NCBI RefSeq assembly: GCF_000341395.1
Contig: NC_020304.1
Coordinates: 2,310,001 to 2,342,000 of the forward strand
Length of the DNA: 32,000 nt
Direction: 5' to 3'
Source: Desulfocapsa sulfexigens DSM 10523
Lineage (GTDB): Bacteria; Desulfobacterota; Desulfobulbia; Desulfobulbales; Desulfocapsaceae
This document shows, piece after piece, positions 30,084 through 32,000 of this stretch. Each line of letters starts with the position of its first letter. The first letter of the stretch is position 1. The translations under genes were made by a program, and so were the position numbers. A model generated the notes under the pieces. That model was not told the origin of the DNA. It made no database searches and saw only the letters and a program-made list of their open reading frames with translations.

Positions 30084-31796
30084 ATGAGATTTTCCAAATC
30101 ACTGATTCCCACACTTAAAGAGACCCCTGCAGAGGCAGAGGTTGTCAGTCATCGCCTCCTGTTGCGAGCTGGTTTTATACGAAAACTCACAGCAGGTATT
30201 TACACCTACCTTCCCCTTGGCCTTGCTGCCATTAGAAAGGTAGAGCAAATTGTACGAGAAGAGATGACACGGGCAGGGGCTCAGGAACTTCTCATGCCCA
30301 TGGTTCAGCCGGCAGACCTTTGGCACGAAACGGGTCGCTATAAGAAATACGGGCCCGAATTGCTTCGTTTTGTCGACAGGCATGATCGTGAATCCTGTCT
30401 TGGTCCAACCCACGAAGAAGTTATCACTGATCTGGCGCGGCGTGAAATCCGATCTTATCGTGACCTTCCCATGAATCTGTACCAGATACAGACAAAATTC
30501 AGGGATGAGATCAGACCTCGATTTGGGCTGATGCGTGGTCGTGAATTCATTATGAAAGATGCATATTCCTTTGATGTTGATGATAGTACGGCAGAGGAAT
30601 CCTATCAGTGCATGTATGATGCCTATAAAAGGATATTTACGCGTTGTGGACTGGAGTATCGCCCCGTCGAAGCAGATTCAGGAACCATCGGAGGGAGTTT
30701 CTCCCATGAGTTTATGGTCCTGGCTGACACCGGTGAGGACACCCTGGTGATCTGTTCCGGTTGTGACTATGCTGCTAACAGTGAAAAAGCCGTAGTTGCA
30801 GCACCTGGAAGAGACGAAAGTCCCATGCTCCCTCTGGAGAAAATGGAAACGCCCGGTAAGCGAAAAGTTTCCGCGGTGTGCGAATTCATGGGGATTTCTC
30901 CCAAAGAACTTGTCAAAACCATGGTGTATAAGGCAGGTGAGGAAGCCGTTGCGGTACTTGTCCGTGGAGATCGTGAGGTGCAGGAGGTGAAACTCAAGAA
31001 CTTTCTTGGTGTTGTCGATGTTGAGATGCTTGATGATAAAGATGTCTTCGCTGCAACCGGTGTTCCAACAGGATATCTTGGTCCTGTCGGCATCAAGGTA
31101 AAGCTTCTGGTTGATAATGAGGTTGCGGCCATGTGCAATTTTGTGGTTGGTGCCAATGAAAAGAATCATCACCTGAAAAATGTGAACATGGGAAGGGATT
31201 TTGAGCCATTTGGCGTGGCTGATTTACGTCAGATCACCGTTGACGATCCGTGTCCCGTATGTGGTGGCGTCCTCACCATGAAAGAGGGCATAGAAGTCGG
31301 CCATGTATTTAAGCTGGGTACCGGATATTCCAAGGCTATGAACGCAGTTTTTCAGGACAGTGACGGCCAGGATAAACCCATGGTTATGGGATGCTATGGT
31401 ATTGGCGTGAGTCGAATCGTGGCGGCTGCCATTGAGCAGAATCATGACGAAAATGGAATGATTTTTCCCATGCCTCTTGCTCCCATGCAGGTGATCGTTT
31501 TGAATCTCGGTTTGAAGAATGAGCAGATCACCGGGGCTGCAGAGGCACTGTATAGGGATCTGGAGGAAAAAGGAATTGATGTTCTCCTGGATGATCGGGA
31601 CGAACGTCCGGGATCAAAATTCAAGGATGCTGATCTGCTTGGCATTCCACTACGTCTCACCGTAGGAAAACGTCTCACGCAGGATGGAGTCATTGAACTT
31701 CGATCCCGTAGAGATGGTAAGGTCGAAGAACTTGCACCGCAACAGGTGGTTGCAAGGGTACGTGAGTTAATAGAAGCAGCAATGATCAATGGTTGA
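30084..31796 (+). CDS. proS: Prolyl-tRNA synthetase, bacterial type with editing insertion
   Basis: 570 aa. Motifs [32 protein letters not shown] and [13 protein letters not shown]. Confidence 0.96.
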   Translation: MRFSKSLIPTLKETPAEAEVVSHRLLLRAGFIRKLTAGIYTYLPLGLAAIRKVEQIVREEMTRAGAQELLMPMVQPADLWHETGRYKKYGPELLRFVDRHDRESCLGPTHEEVITDLARREIRSYRDLPMNLYQIQTKFRDEIRPRFGLMRGREFIMKDAYSFDVDDSTAEESYQCMYDAYKRIFTRCGLEYRPVEADSGTIGGSFSHEFMVLADTGEDTLVICSGCDYAANSEKAVVAAPGRDESPMLPLEKMETPGKRKVSAVCEFMGISPKELVKTMVYKAGEEAVAVLVRGDREVQEVKLKNFLGVVDVEMLDDKDVFAATGVPTGYLGPVGIKVKLLVDNEVAAMCNFVVGANEKNHHLKNVNMGRDFEPFGVADLRQITVDDPCPVCGGVLTMKEGIEVGHVFKLGTGYSKAMNAVFQDSDGQDKPMVMGCYGIGVSRIVAAAIEQNHDENGMIFPMPLAPMQVIVLNLGLKNEQITGAAEALYRDLEEKGIDVLLDDRDERPGSKFKDADLLGIPLRLTVGKRLTQDGVIELRSRRDGKVEELAPQQVVARVRELIEAAMING

Positions 31797-32000
31797 CAGC
31801 GAGAAAAATGATTTTATGGTGAGTCAGGATGGTCTGAAGATTCTGACCAGGACCTATCTTAATGGGATGGATCTCAGTCCCATTGATAAAGCTTGGGATC
31901 TTGTTGTCGCCACCCATTCTGATAAACAGCATTTCTCAGGGACCCCCTATCTGGATCATACCCTGCACGTTGCTTCCACCCTGGCCTCCATGCATCTGGA
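31789..32000 (+). CDS. RelA/SpoT-family (p)ppGpp synthetase/hydrolase, N-terminal fragment (3'-truncated by window edge)
   Basis: The frame is open from 31786 to the window end. Candidate starts are ATG 31789 (8-nt overlap with proS) and ATG 31816. The translation ...[30 protein letters not shown] matches the start of the HD hydrolase domain (H..Q.R.SG.PY..H...VA..LA). Confidence 0.65.
   Translation, partial: MVDSEKNDFMVSQDGLKILTRTYLNGMDLSPIDKAWDLVVATHSDKQHFSGTPYLDHTLHVASTLASMHL

Noticed and set aside
30678-31172. Antisense ORFs inside proS (164 aa and 129 aa, minus strand), and similar ones in ispG and tsaB (28915-29379).
   Set aside because: These are shadow ORFs of well-supported sense genes. 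The Ser/Thr/Pro-rich composition is typical of antisense translation.
1-32000. I looked for CRISPR repeats, tRNA/rRNA genes, IS elements or integrases, toxin-antitoxin pairs and defence-system-like genes.
   Set aside because: I saw none. Every ORF of meaningful length on the + strand is accounted for by a recognisable housekeeping gene, apart from the single YkgJ-family gene.

Overview
This window is a co-directional (+ strand) block of core housekeeping genes from a bacterium. By eye it is moderately AT-rich. Gene order, a short EF-Ts and Zn-type ribosomal proteins weakly suggest a Desulfobacterota/delta-proteobacteria-like lineage, but that cannot be confirmed without a search.

Gene content in order:
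- 3' end of rpoC.
- str operon: rpsL-rpsG-fusA-tuf.
- S10 operon: rpsJ-rplC-rplD-rplW-rplB-rpsS-rplV-rpsC-rplP-rpmC-rpsQ.
- spc operon: rplN-rplX-rplE-rpsZ-rpsH-rplF-rplR-rpsE-rpmD-rplO-secY-map-infA-rpmJ, with no adk.
- alpha operon: rpsM-rpsK-rpsD-rpoA-rplQ.
- One terminator-flanked YkgJ-family cysteine-cluster gene.
- rpsB, tsf, pyrH, frr, uppS, cdsA, dxr, rseP, tsaB, ispG, proS.
- 5' end of a RelA/SpoT-family gene.

rpmJ (L36, 37 aa) is absent from the ORF track and was found by eye. Several ORF-track starts were trimmed to conserved N-termini. Five genes whose conserved N-termini fix the start use TTG or GTG: rpsC, rpsZ, rpsE, rpsM and rpsD; map and tsaB also appear to start at GTG.

I see no rRNA, tRNA, CRISPR array, transposase, integrase or defence-like genes. 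Honestly, this is an ordinary, highly conserved region, and I found no convincing evidence of a novel multi-gene system.

The points worth a second look are modest:
- the orphan Cys-cluster gene wedged between the alpha operon and rpsB;
- a terminator-like hairpin inside the spc operon;
- unusually long unassigned spacers before rpsD and tsf;
- a Cys4 zinc-ribbon form of L24.
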